Counted from the first letter of the stretch, positions 45,847-56,290 are shown. The stretch is DNA of 64,000 nucleotides from Dehalococcoidia bacterium (GCA_965249275.1 CBDFLQ010000006.1:640434-704433); one strand, 5' to 3'. A program made the numbers and translations. Notes: generated by a model from the sequence alone, not told the origin.

Positions 45847-48138
45847 ATGACCACCACAGACTACGAGCCCAATGTCGTACTTGCCACGGTAGAGTTTGAC
45901 ACCATCGGGACCCGGCCCATCAGGCACGACGGCGTGGACAAGGTCACGGGTCGCGCCCAATACGGCGCCGACTTCCAGGCCAGCGATCTGCTCCACGGCA
46001 AGATCCTTCGAAGCCCCCACGCCCACGCTCGCATCATCTCCATCGACACATCCAAGGCGGAGGCCTACTCGGGCGTCAAGGCCGTGGTCACCGCCGCCGA
46101 CTTCCCCGCTGGCGAACAAGTGGGACAGATGCAGATGGGCGAGATCAGCATGAGCCTCCGCTTCATGCGGGACAACGTCCTAGCCAGCAAGAAGGTGTTG
46201 TACCCTGGACACCCCATAGTCGGGGTAGCGGCGGTGAACGCCCACGTGGCCGAGGAAGCCGTTAATCTCATCGACGTCGAATATGAGGTCCTCGAACCCG
46301 TGCCCACAGTCCTGGACGCTATCAGGGAAGGCGCACCTCTCCTGCACGATGACCTGATGACCGAAGAATTCGGTCAGAAGACGGACAAGGTGAGCAACGT
46401 AGCCAGCCACTTCCAGCACACGATGGGAGACGTGGAAAAGGCATTAGCCGAAGCGGACTACGTGGTCGAGCGTGAGTTCGACACCAAGACCGTTCACCAG
46501 GGCTACATCGAGCTCCACAACGCCACCGCGTTCTGGAACCGGGATGGTCGGGTCACGATCTGGTGCAGCACCCAGGGCCCATTCGAGGTTCGGGACGCAA
46601 CTGCCGGCATCCTGGGGCTGGACGTATCGCAGGTCAACCTGGTGCCCATGGAGATAGGCGGCGGGTTCGGGGGCAAGTTTGAGCCCTACGGCGACCCCGT
46701 AGCCGCCCTCCTTTCCAAGAAAACAGGCCACCCCGTCAAGATAGTCATGACTCGCCTGGAAGAGATCGAGAGTACGGGCCCGACCCCCGGCTCCTACATC
46801 AAGGTCAAGATGGGCGCCACCAAAGAGGGTAAACTCGTCGCGGCGCAGGCCTACATGGCATACGAAGCGGGGGCCTACCCCGGCTCTCCCATAGGCGCCG
46901 GTGCCCTGTGCATCTTCGGCCCCTACGACATCCCCAACGTCCTGATCGACGGGCTGGATGTCGTGGTTAATAAACCGAAGACCGCTGCCTACCGGGCCCC
47001 GGGCGCTACCAACGCCTCCTTCGCCTCGGAGACTATAGTCGACGAACTGGCGGCCATGGTGGGCATGGACCCCATCGACTTCCGCATGAACAACGCCTCC
47101 AAAGAAGGGACCAGAAGGGCCGACAGCGTACCCCACCCCAAGGTCGGCTGCATCGAGGTGCTCCAGGCTATGAAGGACCACCCCCACTGGAACGCCCCTC
47201 TGGAGGGCGAGAACCGGGGACGGGGTGTGGGGCTCGGGTTCTGGATGAACTTCGGCGGTCCGGCCAGCTGCACGATCAAGGTCAACGCCGACGGCACCGT
47301 GGCCCTCCGGGAAGGCTCCCCCGACATCGGAGGCACAAGGACGACGATCGCCATGCAGGCCGCCGAGGCGCTGGGCATATCGGCGGAGAGCGTGGTGCCG
47401 GGTGTCGTGGACACCGACTCGGTGGGCTACACCAACGGCACGGGCGGCAGCAGCGTCACCTTCAAGCAGGGGTTGGCCGCTCACGAGGCGGCCCAGCACG
47501 TCAAGCAGCAGATGATTGCCCGTGCCGCGACCATCTGGGCCATTGAGCCCGATTCTATCAAGTTCGAAAAGGGTGTCTTATTTTCCGAATCTGACCCCGA
47601 GCTGAGGATGACCTTCGCTGAGCTCGCCTCCAAGATTGAGGAGACGGGCGAGCCGATTGTCGGAGTCGGCAATGTCCAGGCCACCAAGGCCGGAGCCTCA
47701 TTCGCCGGCTCCATCGCCGACGTGGAGGTCGACCCGGAGACCGGCAAAGTTAAAATCTTGCGCTTCACCATGATCCAGGACGTGGGCAAGGCCGTACACC
47801 CCAGCTACGTCGAGGGACAGCTGCAAGGCGGCGGCGCTCAGGGCATCGGGTGGGCGATGAACGAGGAGTACTTCCTCAACGATAAGGGCCAGGTCCTCAA
47901 CTCCAGCCTGCTGGACTACCGCCTCCCCACAAGCCTCGACCTCCCGATGATCGACACCGTAATCGTCGAGGTCCCGAACCCCGGCCACCCATTCGGTGTG
48001 CGGGGCGTCGGCGAGGCGAACATCATCCCGCCTGCCGGGGCCTTGGGCAACGCCATCGCCAACGCAATCGGCGTCAGGATGGCGAACCTGCCGATGAATC
48101 CGCCAGCGATACGGGAAGCCATCGGGCGCAAGGGCTAG
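45847..48138 (+). CDS. Xanthine dehydrogenase/aldehyde oxidase-family molybdopterin-binding large subunit. No small or medium subunit gene is adjacent.
   Basis: 763 aa. MoCo-binding signature blocks are present (GGGFGGK, TAAYRAPGATNASFA, GVGEANIIPPAGALGNAIANAIG). AYRAPG resembles the generic AYRGAG rather than the CoxL form-I VAYRCSFR motif. Confidence 0.8.
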   Translation: MTTTDYEPNVVLATVEFDTIGTRPIRHDGVDKVTGRAQYGADFQASDLLHGKILRSPHAHARIISIDTSKAEAYSGVKAVVTAADFPAGEQVGQMQMGEISMSLRFMRDNVLASKKVLYPGHPIVGVAAVNAHVAEEAVNLIDVEYEVLEPVPTVLDAIREGAPLLHDDLMTEEFGQKTDKVSNVASHFQHTMGDVEKALAEADYVVEREFDTKTVHQGYIELHNATAFWNRDGRVTIWCSTQGPFEVRDATAGILGLDVSQVNLVPMEIGGGFGGKFEPYGDPVAALLSKKTGHPVKIVMTRLEEIESTGPTPGSYIKVKMGATKEGKLVAAQAYMAYEAGAYPGSPIGAGALCIFGPYDIPNVLIDGLDVVVNKPKTAAYRAPGATNASFASETIVDELAAMVGMDPIDFRMNNASKEGTRRADSVPHPKVGCIEVLQAMKDHPHWNAPLEGENRGRGVGLGFWMNFGGPASCTIKVNADGTVALREGSPDIGGTRTTIAMQAAEALGISAESVVPGVVDTDSVGYTNGTGGSSVTFKQGLAAHEAAQHVKQQMIARAATIWAIEPDSIKFEKGVLFSESDPELRMTFAELASKIEETGEPIVGVGNVQATKAGASFAGSIADVEVDPETGKVKILRFTMIQDVGKAVHPSYVEGQLQGGGAQGIGWAMNEEYFLNDKGQVLNSSLLDYRLPTSLDLPMIDTVIVEVPNPGHPFGVRGVGEANIIPPAGALGNAIANAIGVRMANLPMNPPAIREAIGRKG

Positions 48139-48152
48139 GAACGGCAATCGTC

Positions 48153-49340
48153 ATGCGATTCGACAGCAACGTCTTCTACCACCCTCTGCAGGTCTACCCC
48201 GTGGACCGGATGCTGGACGAGTGGCGGCAGACTGTGAAGCTCTACGATCAGACCGGTTTCACCGGAGTTTGGATCGGGGAGCACCACTTCTGGCACTCGG
48301 GGTTCCACGTGGCTGCACCGAGCCCCGTGCAGGTATGCACCCACCTGGCCTCGATCACCGAGCGGCTGCGCGTCGCCCAGAGCGCCTGCATCCTCCCCGA
48401 CTACCACCCCATCCGGCTGGCCGAGGAGCTGGCCATGCTCGACCAGATGACCAAGGGTCGGCTAGACGTGGGCGTGGCACGGGGCACCAACAGCCCCGCC
48501 TGCATCCAGTTCAATATCGACGCCGACCGCCGCAACAAGGATCGCAACTACGCCCTGTTCAAGGAGACCCTGGAAATCATGATCAAGGCGTGGACCGAAG
48601 ACGCCCTGGTCCACGAAGGCGAGTTCTATACGTTCCCTGTGCCCGGCTGGACTGAGAAAGACCCTCGCATCTACACCGGCGACACTTCGCACTACGGCCC
48701 CAACGGGGAACTCATTGGGCTAGGGGTCGTGCCCAAGCCTTACCAGAAACCCCACCCCCCGATTTACCAGGCAGCGGACTCCACCGAGTCCTATAGGTTC
48801 GCTGCTGAAAAGGGAATTTCGGTCACGGGATTCGGGCGCACTCTCGAGGGGTTGCGGGAGGCGTGGACGGCCTACCGGGACACGGCGTCACGCGTGTCCG
48901 GTCGTGAGATACCGATGGGTGAGACAGCCAACGGCGACACCCTGAACATCATGAGGATGTTCTACATGGCCGAGACCCAGGAACAGGCCGAACAGGAAGC
49001 CCGCGAGGGCATCAACGCCCACTACGAGATCACCTTCGGGCTGAGCCGGAACTGGGGGCGCACCGGGGCAATTGCCAAGGGCGAGGAGATCAGCGCCGAG
49101 CAGATGAACATGGACTGGTTCGACTTCGCCATGTCCAAAGATGTCATCCTCGTCGGCACACCCGAGACCGTCGCCGAGAAAATTGAGAGGCTGCAAAACG
49201 AGCTTAACTGTAGGCACGTCACCCTCTGGCCCAACCCCTCCTTCCTCCCATTCGAAAAGGTGTACCACAGCCTGGTGCTCTTCGCCGAGCGGGTAATCCC
49301 CTACTTTGAAAAGAAGCGGGCACCTGCCCCTGTGGGATAA
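48153..49340 (+). CDS. LLM-class flavin-dependent oxidoreductase (luciferase-like monooxygenase)
   Basis: 395 aa. GVWIGEHHFWHSGF…LDQMTKGRLDVGVARG is typical of the LLM TIM-barrel. Confidence 0.75.
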   Translation: MRFDSNVFYHPLQVYPVDRMLDEWRQTVKLYDQTGFTGVWIGEHHFWHSGFHVAAPSPVQVCTHLASITERLRVAQSACILPDYHPIRLAEELAMLDQMTKGRLDVGVARGTNSPACIQFNIDADRRNKDRNYALFKETLEIMIKAWTEDALVHEGEFYTFPVPGWTEKDPRIYTGDTSHYGPNGELIGLGVVPKPYQKPHPPIYQAADSTESYRFAAEKGISVTGFGRTLEGLREAWTAYRDTASRVSGREIPMGETANGDTLNIMRMFYMAETQEQAEQEAREGINAHYEITFGLSRNWGRTGAIAKGEEISAEQMNMDWFDFAMSKDVILVGTPETVAEKIERLQNELNCRHVTLWPNPSFLPFEKVYHSLVLFAERVIPYFEKKRAPAPVG

Positions 49341-49412
49341 ACCTGCAAATCAACACCGCCAAATATTTGTTAGAGACAACTTAGAAAATCTGGAAAAGGG
49401 AGACCAAAGTTC

Positions 49413-50411
49413 ATGGCTGACGATCGAGTCCTGATAGTAGACGGAGCACAGCACCACAAGTGGACCCAAGAGACCTTTGAGGACATCCGCCAAGGCGACA
49501 TCAGCGCGGTCAACATCACGCTTGCCATCTGGGAAAACGCCCGCGAGACCCTCGCCGAGATCGGGCAATGGTACCGCCGCTTCGACCAGTTCTCGGACCT
49601 CATAATGCCCGTCTACACCTCGGACGACATTAGGGCTGCCTATAAGGCCAAGAAAACCGGAATACTCTTCGGCTTTCAGAACACCTCTCCCCTCGAAGAC
49701 AACATCGAGTTTGTAGCAGTCTTCGCCAAGCTCGGCGTCCGGGTTATGCAGCTCACCTATAACACTCAGAACCTGATCGGCTGCGGTTGCTACGAGCCCA
49801 ACGACAGCGGTCTCACCTACTTCGGAGCGGACGTGATCGCCGAGATGAACCGGCACGGCGTCGTCATTGACCTCTCCCACACCGGCGAACGGACTTCAAT
49901 GGACGCCATCGAGGCCTCTACGCAGCCGGTGGCCATCACCCACGCCAACCCGACCTGGTGGAAGGACGTCCAGCGCAACAAGTCGGATGACATGATGAGG
50001 GCCCTTGCTGAGAACGGCGGCGTGATGGGCCTGGGCACCTACCCAAACCTCTTCGCCCCCGATGGAACCCTGGAGCAGTTCTGCGACATGGTCGCCCGCA
50101 CCGTCGACTTCATGGGCATCGACCATGTGGGTCTCGGCAGCGACCACAACACAGGCTTCCTCCCCGACGAAAAGCGCTACTGGGCCCGTGGCCGCTGGTC
50201 GCGGGAAGTGCCAAAGTTCATGAGCGCCAAGGGCTTCCACAGCCCCAAGTGGCCCCAGGTCGACTGGCCCGAATGGTGTGAGAAACCCTCGGGCATCGGG
50301 CTCATCCCCAATGGCCTCCGGGAGCACGGCTTCAACAATGAAGAGGTCTCCAAGATCATGGGCGGCAACTACCTGCGGGTGTTCGACCAGGTATCCGCAG
50401 CCGCGAGCTAG
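49413..50411 (+). CDS. Membrane (renal) dipeptidase, peptidase family M19
   Basis: 332 aa. M19 blocks FGFQNTSPLE, VMQLTYNTQNLIGCGC, VVIDLSHTGERTSMDA and HVGLGSDHN are present. Confidence 0.75.
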   Translation: MADDRVLIVDGAQHHKWTQETFEDIRQGDISAVNITLAIWENARETLAEIGQWYRRFDQFSDLIMPVYTSDDIRAAYKAKKTGILFGFQNTSPLEDNIEFVAVFAKLGVRVMQLTYNTQNLIGCGCYEPNDSGLTYFGADVIAEMNRHGVVIDLSHTGERTSMDAIEASTQPVAITHANPTWWKDVQRNKSDDMMRALAENGGVMGLGTYPNLFAPDGTLEQFCDMVARTVDFMGIDHVGLGSDHNTGFLPDEKRYWARGRWSREVPKFMSAKGFHSPKWPQVDWPEWCEKPSGIGLIPNGLREHGFNNEEVSKIMGGNYLRVFDQVSAAAS

Positions 50412-50537
50412 CGGTTTTCGGGTGACGGTAGGTCAGGTAGGGAACGTGCCTGTCCACCGCGACCGGCGGGACTTCGTCATCCAGCCCGGTGACTCCGGCA
50501 AGCCGGAGGACTATCCGGTGAACCCAGCTTATCGAAA

Positions 50538-51608
50538 TTGACCTATCCAGGGGATGCTATGGCTGACAGTATTAGCTTGATGGCCCATTTAGTTCCACGA
50601 CTAACTATACAAGTCGAGAATGCCGCTACCGACGCATTGGCCTATATCCTGAACAACTCCACCCAGTGTATGCAGGCGTTGAACGACCTGCTCCAAGAAG
50701 ATGGCTTTGACATTAAGCCGGTTGCCAGGGTGGAAACCCAGGTAACCTACGAGGGTGGTTATCGGCCTGACATGGCAGGCTACGACAAGACCAATGTAGC
50801 ACGCCTCCTTGTCGAGGCGAAGTTCTGGACCGCACTCGATGAAGGCCAAGCCAGCGGTTACGCCCAACTGTTCGAACAACCCGGCCTGGCGGCACTCCTG
50901 TTCATCGGGCCCGAAATCAGAATTCCGACGCTGTGGGCTGAGATAGAGCGGCAGATGGCAAAGGAGAGCAGACTGGAACCCGTCGAATCACCTCCGGGAG
51001 TCCGGAGGGCCAGGGTGACTTGGACGGAACCGAGTGACACGGAACTACATTTAGTGCTGGTAAGCTGGGTCCGATTGCTTGACAGGATGGACGCTCTCGC
51101 TAACGGTGATGATGTCAAATCGGATATACGACAACTTCGAGGCCTCGCCCATGAGCAGGGCGATCAACTCTTCCTGCCGATTCGTTCCGAAGAGCTGAGC
51201 CCCAGCCTTGCGCGCCGTGTAGTTTGGTACAGGCGGCTTGTCGACGATACCGTCGATGCCCGAGGTGTCTCAGAAGGCTGGATGGATATCAAAGGCCTAC
51301 GTGCAACGGCGCAGTGGTTCGGGTACGGGCGGTGGATCCGCTTCTCCGGTGTGGAAAGTAATTTCTGGTTCGGAGTCAACCATGAACGGTGGGCTGGGAA
51401 CGGGGACACTCCTCTATGGCTCTCCGTTTCTGACAGGAATCATGTGAGCATGGATGAGATCGGCAGGGAACTAGGGGTGCGAATTCACAACGAGTGGGTC
51501 CCAATCCATCTCAAAACGGGCGTAGAGTACGACAAGGTCCTGGATGATGTGGTATCGCAGCTGAAGATGATAGCTAAGATTGCAGGGGTTCATCAAACCA
51601 GTGAGTAA
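50538..51608 (+). CDS. Hypothetical protein with an N-terminal PD-(D/E)XK nuclease-fold motif set; orphan, lower GC
   Basis: 356 aa. Residues about 66-96 read VETQVTYEGGYRPDMAGYDKTNVARLLVEAKFW, giving E…PD…EAK in canonical spacing. The C-terminal 230 aa are unrecognised. GC is about 55%, against about 63% in flanking genes. Confidence 0.45.
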   Translation: MTYPGDAMADSISLMAHLVPRLTIQVENAATDALAYILNNSTQCMQALNDLLQEDGFDIKPVARVETQVTYEGGYRPDMAGYDKTNVARLLVEAKFWTALDEGQASGYAQLFEQPGLAALLFIGPEIRIPTLWAEIERQMAKESRLEPVESPPGVRRARVTWTEPSDTELHLVLVSWVRLLDRMDALANGDDVKSDIRQLRGLAHEQGDQLFLPIRSEELSPSLARRVVWYRRLVDDTVDARGVSEGWMDIKGLRATAQWFGYGRWIRFSGVESNFWFGVNHERWAGNGDTPLWLSVSDRNHVSMDEIGRELGVRIHNEWVPIHLKTGVEYDKVLDDVVSQLKMIAKIAGVHQTSE

Positions 51609-51676
51609 CCGCCTACCGGATCGGGCCCCGGAGATTAGGCCCGTATGACATCTCTCCGTGAAGGAATCCCCATACC

Positions 51677-52852
51677 TTGAGGTTCGACGGCAACGTCTAC
51701 TACCACCTTCTCGAGCGGTACCCGCCCGACCTGCTGATGGAGGAGTGGCGGGAAGAGGCCACTCTCTTCGACCAGGCGGGCTTCACAACGATATGGATCG
51801 GGGAACAGCACTTCTGGATTGCGGCCCCCAATCCCATCCTCATCAATACGCACCTGGCGACTCACACCAGGCGGCTCAGGGTCGGGCAGAGCGCCTGCGT
51901 CCTCCCCGACTGGCATCCCATCCGCCTCGCCGAGGACCTTGCCCTCCTGGACAACATGACCCGCGGCAGGCTGGACGTCGGCATCGCCCGGGGCGTGAAC
52001 ACCTTGGCCGGGATCACCTTCAACGCCGACGCTGACCGCCGAGACCAGGCTCGGAACTACGCCCTGTTCAGCGAGACCCTGGACGTGCTAATCAAGGCCT
52101 GGACCGAGGTCGCTTTTGTTCATCAAGGCCGGTTCTACAACTTCCCTCCCTCGGGATGGAAAGAGCAAGGACCGCGTATATACTCGGACGATCCGGCGCA
52201 CTACGCGCCGGATGGCGAGATTATCGCCCTCCCCGTGCGCCCGAAGCCCTACCAGAAGCCCCACCCTCCCATCTGGCAGGCCGCCGACTCCACCGCCTCC
52301 TATGCCTTCGCCGCAGAACGAGGCCACGCTACTACCTGTCTCAGCCGCTCCTTCGAAGGTGTCAGGGAAGCCTGGAACACCTACAAGGAAACAGCTTCCC
52401 GCGTCTGGGGTCGGGATGTACCCATGGGCCGAAGCGCCGACGGCAAGACCCTCAACGTCATGCGCACCTGCTACGTCGCCGAGACCCAGGAGCAGGCAGA
52501 ACGCGAGGCCCGAGAAGGAATCAATCGCTGGTACGACGTTACGGTCGGGCTGAACGCCAGCCGGGGGAAGCAGTCGTGTGTAGCATCCTGGGAGACCTTG
52601 CAGGACCGGGACCTCAACGCCGAGTGGTTCGATTTCCTTATGGAGAAAGAGATCATCTGGGTCGGGTCTCCTGAGTACGTAGCCGAGAGAATCGACCACC
52701 TCCGCACCGAGCTTAACTGCGCCCACGTCACCATCTGGCCCAATCCAGTGGGCCTGCCCTATAAAAAAGTGATGCACAGCCTGGAACTCTTCGCCGACCG
52801 GGTCATCCCGATGGTTGAGTCACAGGAGCCCGTGCCCACAACGTCACAATAG
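51677..52852 (+). CDS. LLM-class flavin-dependent oxidoreductase, paralog of the gene at 48153
   Basis: 391 aa with the same block structure (TIWIGEQHFW…LDNMTRGRLDVGIARG). Confidence 0.75.
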   Translation: MRFDGNVYYHLLERYPPDLLMEEWREEATLFDQAGFTTIWIGEQHFWIAAPNPILINTHLATHTRRLRVGQSACVLPDWHPIRLAEDLALLDNMTRGRLDVGIARGVNTLAGITFNADADRRDQARNYALFSETLDVLIKAWTEVAFVHQGRFYNFPPSGWKEQGPRIYSDDPAHYAPDGEIIALPVRPKPYQKPHPPIWQAADSTASYAFAAERGHATTCLSRSFEGVREAWNTYKETASRVWGRDVPMGRSADGKTLNVMRTCYVAETQEQAEREAREGINRWYDVTVGLNASRGKQSCVASWETLQDRDLNAEWFDFLMEKEIIWVGSPEYVAERIDHLRTELNCAHVTIWPNPVGLPYKKVMHSLELFADRVIPMVESQEPVPTTSQ

Positions 52853-52874
52853 TCATAGCAAGAGGTATTGGGAA

Positions 52875-53816
52875 ATGAGCATGGGTACTATAGGCGTAGA
52901 GGTATCGGGGCGGAACGCAACCGAAATCGTCGGACAAATACAACGGCTCGAAGATCTGGGCGTCAAGGCTGCCTGGGCCACCTCGGGCGGGGACGCAGAC
53001 CCGATCACCTTGCTTGCCGTAGCGGCCGTGCAGACCGAGTCCATACTCCTCGGCACATCCATCGTCCCAACCTGGCCCCGCCACCCGATTACCACCGCCC
53101 AGCAGGCAAACGTGCTCGCCAATCTGGCTCCGGGTCGCTTCCGCCTCGGCATCGGGCCAAGCCACTACTCGGAAATGTACGAGCCCTTCCGTTTCAACTT
53201 TCGAAAGCCCCTTACCAACCTGCGGGAATACCTTCGAATCGTGAAACCCTTGATCCAAAAGGGCTCCGTAGACTTCGACGGTGAACAGTACCACGCACAC
53301 GTCGCCGCCTCTGATGCGTTCCCAGGCATGCCCGTCATGGCCTCGGCGCTAAGACCGAAATCCTTTCAGCTCTGCGGTGAGGAAGCCGATGGCGCTATCA
53401 GTTGGGTCTGCCCACTTGCTTACTTGCGAGACACAGCGCTCCCGGCCATGAGGGAAGCAGCCGAAGCCGCCGGACGCCCGACACCCCCGCTAATAGCTCA
53501 CGCTGTCGTCTCGGTCCACGAAAACTACGACGAAGTCAAAGAGGCTGCCCTGGAAGAGATGGCGTACTATCCCACAGCACCCTTCTACCAGCAGATGTTC
53601 GCACTGGCCGGGTACCCCGAGGCCGAGGAGCTTAATGGCTGGAGCGACCGGATGCTCAAGGAGATCGTGGTATCCGGCCCCGAGGATGAAGTCGCACCAA
53701 GGCTGGAACAGTTCTTCGACGCAGGCGCCGGAGAGGTGCTTGTCTCCATCATCCCCGCAGGCCCCGACAAGCGAGCCTCGTGGGAGCGGACGGCCAGACT
53801 CCTGGCGGGTCTTTAG
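52875..53816 (+). CDS. LLM-class F420-dependent oxidoreductase, paralog of the gene at 33184
   Basis: Start placed at the ATG at 52875 (MSMGTIG…), which has an AGAGG ribosome-binding site. RFRLGIGPS and an LLM C-terminus are present. Its stop overlaps the convergent M24 gene end by 4 nt. Confidence 0.75.
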   Translation: MSMGTIGVEVSGRNATEIVGQIQRLEDLGVKAAWATSGGDADPITLLAVAAVQTESILLGTSIVPTWPRHPITTAQQANVLANLAPGRFRLGIGPSHYSEMYEPFRFNFRKPLTNLREYLRIVKPLIQKGSVDFDGEQYHAHVAASDAFPGMPVMASALRPKSFQLCGEEADGAISWVCPLAYLRDTALPAMREAAEAAGRPTPPLIAHAVVSVHENYDEVKEAALEEMAYYPTAPFYQQMFALAGYPEAEELNGWSDRMLKEIVVSGPEDEVAPRLEQFFDAGAGEVLVSIIPAGPDKRASWERTARLLAGL

Positions 53817-54997
53817 TCTTCCCAGTAGGGCGTGTAGCCGGCCGTGGTGAGTCGGTCAAGGCCCGTGGCCGTAACCTGGTACATGTCCTCGACTTTGACG
53901 ACTACTGTTTCCCCGTTCACCTCCACCGAGGTCTCAGGCTCCAGGCAGATCACCATCCCCTCTTCAAGCTGCGCGTCAACCATCATCATGTCCGGGCGAT
54001 AGATGATGGGAAGCTCGCAGGCCCGGAGCCCGGTCCCATGGCCCAGGGAGTAGGGCGTAGTCGGGTAGCCGGACTTTGCCAGCAGGTCGTTGACCGTACG
54101 GTCCAGGTGGGAGACTCGGACGCCGGGCTTGGCCTCGGCCTCCGTGGCCCGGTGAGATTCCATCAGCACCTTCCAGGCCTTCTGCACGAGCGCGGGAGGC
54201 TCACCCACGAAACCCGTCCTGCACATGTCGGAGCCGTACCCGCCTTTTACGTAGCACCCCCAGTCGAACGCCATCGTTCCGCCTTCCTCCATCTTGCTCC
54301 CCCTCGGGAACCAGCCGGCCGTAAGCTGGCTTTCACCCTTGATGCAAACGTTATGGGTGATGAATTCGGCGCCTTGGGCACGCATCGTGCCGTCAATGGC
54401 GGAAAGCACCTCAAAGTCCAGCGCTCCCTCCTGCATCGCCTCCAGTCCAGCGTCCCCTCCCATAGATGCAATCTCCGCGCTGGAGCGGATCAGCTTGATC
54501 TCCTCCGAGTGCTTCACCTGCCGAGCCATGGCCAGCGGCATATAGGCGTCCAAGAAAGTGGCCTCCGACATCATCCGTTTCATCCCGTCCCACAGCTGGA
54601 ACGGCATCGCGTCGACCCCCACCCGCCGTGCCCCGAGGCTCCGTAGCTTGCGCGAAAGAATATCGACCCAGATCTCGGCCTGGGTGATACTGGACACCCA
54701 TGAGGGCGTCGGTACGAACTCCTTGATCCAGGGCAGGTCGGGCATCGGCTTGTCTACCACCCGGTCGACATAGGGAATGTAGAGGTAAGCCTCGCCTTCC
54801 TGCGTCACAATTGCCGCGAACCAGTCGTAGGATTCGCAGATCAGGAAGACACCGAAGTCCGTGGCATAGCGGATGTTATCGTGGCCCATGAGGACGAGGG
54901 CGTCAACGTTGGCGTCCTTCATCACCTGGGCGACCCTCTCGGTGCGGTACTTGCGAAGGCCGTCCCAATCGATATCCGGGTAAGAGTACATGCTCAC
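53813..54997 (-). CDS. M24-family metallopeptidase (creatinase/prolidase-like, Xaa-Pro dipeptidase/aminopeptidase)
   Basis: 394 aa. It has a creatinase-type N-terminal domain and a pita-bread C-domain with metal ligands (DWGCYVKGGYGSDMCRT, HGTGLRACE, EPETS). Confidence 0.75.
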   Translation of the reverse strand: MSMYSYPDIDWDGLRKYRTERVAQVMKDANVDALVLMGHDNIRYATDFGVFLICESYDWFAAIVTQEGEAYLYIPYVDRVVDKPMPDLPWIKEFVPTPSWVSSITQAEIWVDILSRKLRSLGARRVGVDAMPFQLWDGMKRMMSEATFLDAYMPLAMARQVKHSEEIKLIRSSAEIASMGGDAGLEAMQEGALDFEVLSAIDGTMRAQGAEFITHNVCIKGESQLTAGWFPRGSKMEEGGTMAFDWGCYVKGGYGSDMCRTGFVGEPPALVQKAWKVLMESHRATEAEAKPGVRVSHLDRTVNDLLAKSGYPTTPYSLGHGTGLRACELPIIYRPDMMMVDAQLEEGMVICLEPETSVEVNGETVVVKVEDMYQVTATGLDRLTTAGYTPYWED

Positions 54998-55115
54998 CTC
55001 CCGCCAAGTCTTTCTGCCGCTATTCTATGGCTTTTCGACGCCGGAGGGCTAGGCGCGCGGTGATACACTAGCCCCCGAGACCGGTGCGATACCAAAAGCG
55101 CTAAGGAGCATCCAA

Positions 55116-56120
55116 TTGAGCATGGAGGAGCGGGCCCAGAGCATCTACAACGACGCCATCGCCATCGATGGGCTGAACATCAGCAACTGGGAGAGCCCGG
55201 CTGTTTATCAAAGCCTGAGCAACGGCAACCTCACGGCCATCAACGCCACCATCGCCGTCTGGGAGGGTTTCGAGGAGACCATGGACCACGTGGCAGGCTG
55301 GAAGCGCCGTTTCCGAGAGATGCCCGACACCCTCTCCCAGGTCCGGTCGGTGGACGACATATTGCGCGCCAAGGATGAGGGCAAGGTGGGGATAATCCTC
55401 GGGTTTCAGAACGCCTCACCCATCGAGAACAAGCTCGACAGGCTGGAGCTCTTTCACGACTTGGGAGTAAGGGTGATTCAGGTCACATATAACGAAAGAA
55501 ACCTGCTCGGCAACGGCTGCTGGGAACGCACAGACGAGGGTCTTAGCAACTTTGGGGAAGACGCCGTGCGGGAGATGAACCGGCTGGGCATACTCATTGA
55601 CCTCTCCCACGTCGGGGACCGGACCACCCTGGAAACGGCAGAGTTGTCGGATAAGCCGGTTTCGGCCACCCACGCCAATGCCCGCTCCCACTTCGAGCAC
55701 GTCCGCAACAAGACCGACGATGCGCTAAAGCTCATCGCCGAGAAGGGTGGCGTTGTCGGGGCCAACGCGTTCCCGCCCTTCCTGCCCAAGAGCTTCGAGT
55801 CGACCCTATCCGACTACGTGGACGCAATAGACGACCTCGTGGACAGAATAGGAATCGACCACGTTGCCATTGGCACCGACTACACCCAGGACCAATCCAA
55901 CTCCTTCTTCGATTGGCTGTTCTCGCAGCAGGGCACCAAGATTCGTCCCCGCCCCGTTCCCTACCCCTCGCCCCTCCTACACCCCAAGGGCATGGAAACT
56001 CCCGACCGCTTCTCCAACATCGCGCTTGAGCTTCTGAACCGCGGCTACGGCGAAGAGGACATCAGGAAGGTACTGGGTGGTAACTGGGTACGCCTGCTGC
56101 GGGAAGTGTGGGCTGATTAA
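55116..56120 (+). CDS. M19 dipeptidase, paralog of the gene at 49413
   Basis: 334 aa with the same M19 blocks (LGFQNASPIE, VIQVTYNERNLLGNGC, ILIDLSHVGDRTTLE, HVAIGTDY). Confidence 0.75.
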   Translation: MSMEERAQSIYNDAIAIDGLNISNWESPAVYQSLSNGNLTAINATIAVWEGFEETMDHVAGWKRRFREMPDTLSQVRSVDDILRAKDEGKVGIILGFQNASPIENKLDRLELFHDLGVRVIQVTYNERNLLGNGCWERTDEGLSNFGEDAVREMNRLGILIDLSHVGDRTTLETAELSDKPVSATHANARSHFEHVRNKTDDALKLIAEKGGVVGANAFPPFLPKSFESTLSDYVDAIDDLVDRIGIDHVAIGTDYTQDQSNSFFDWLFSQQGTKIRPRPVPYPSPLLHPKGMETPDRFSNIALELLNRGYGEEDIRKVLGGNWVRLLREVWAD

Positions 56121-56290
56121 GCCATAATCGCCGGGCGTGACGCGTTTCGGGCCCCAGGGTCCGCTGACACGGACCGCGAAGGGGATTAGGCCCAGATGAT
56201 GTACTGCCGCCGAGCCAGGCGCAGGCGACGGCGGCAATCTAGTCCGAATCGGTAAATAAGCCGGTACTATACCTCTTAGGCGGTCCACAT

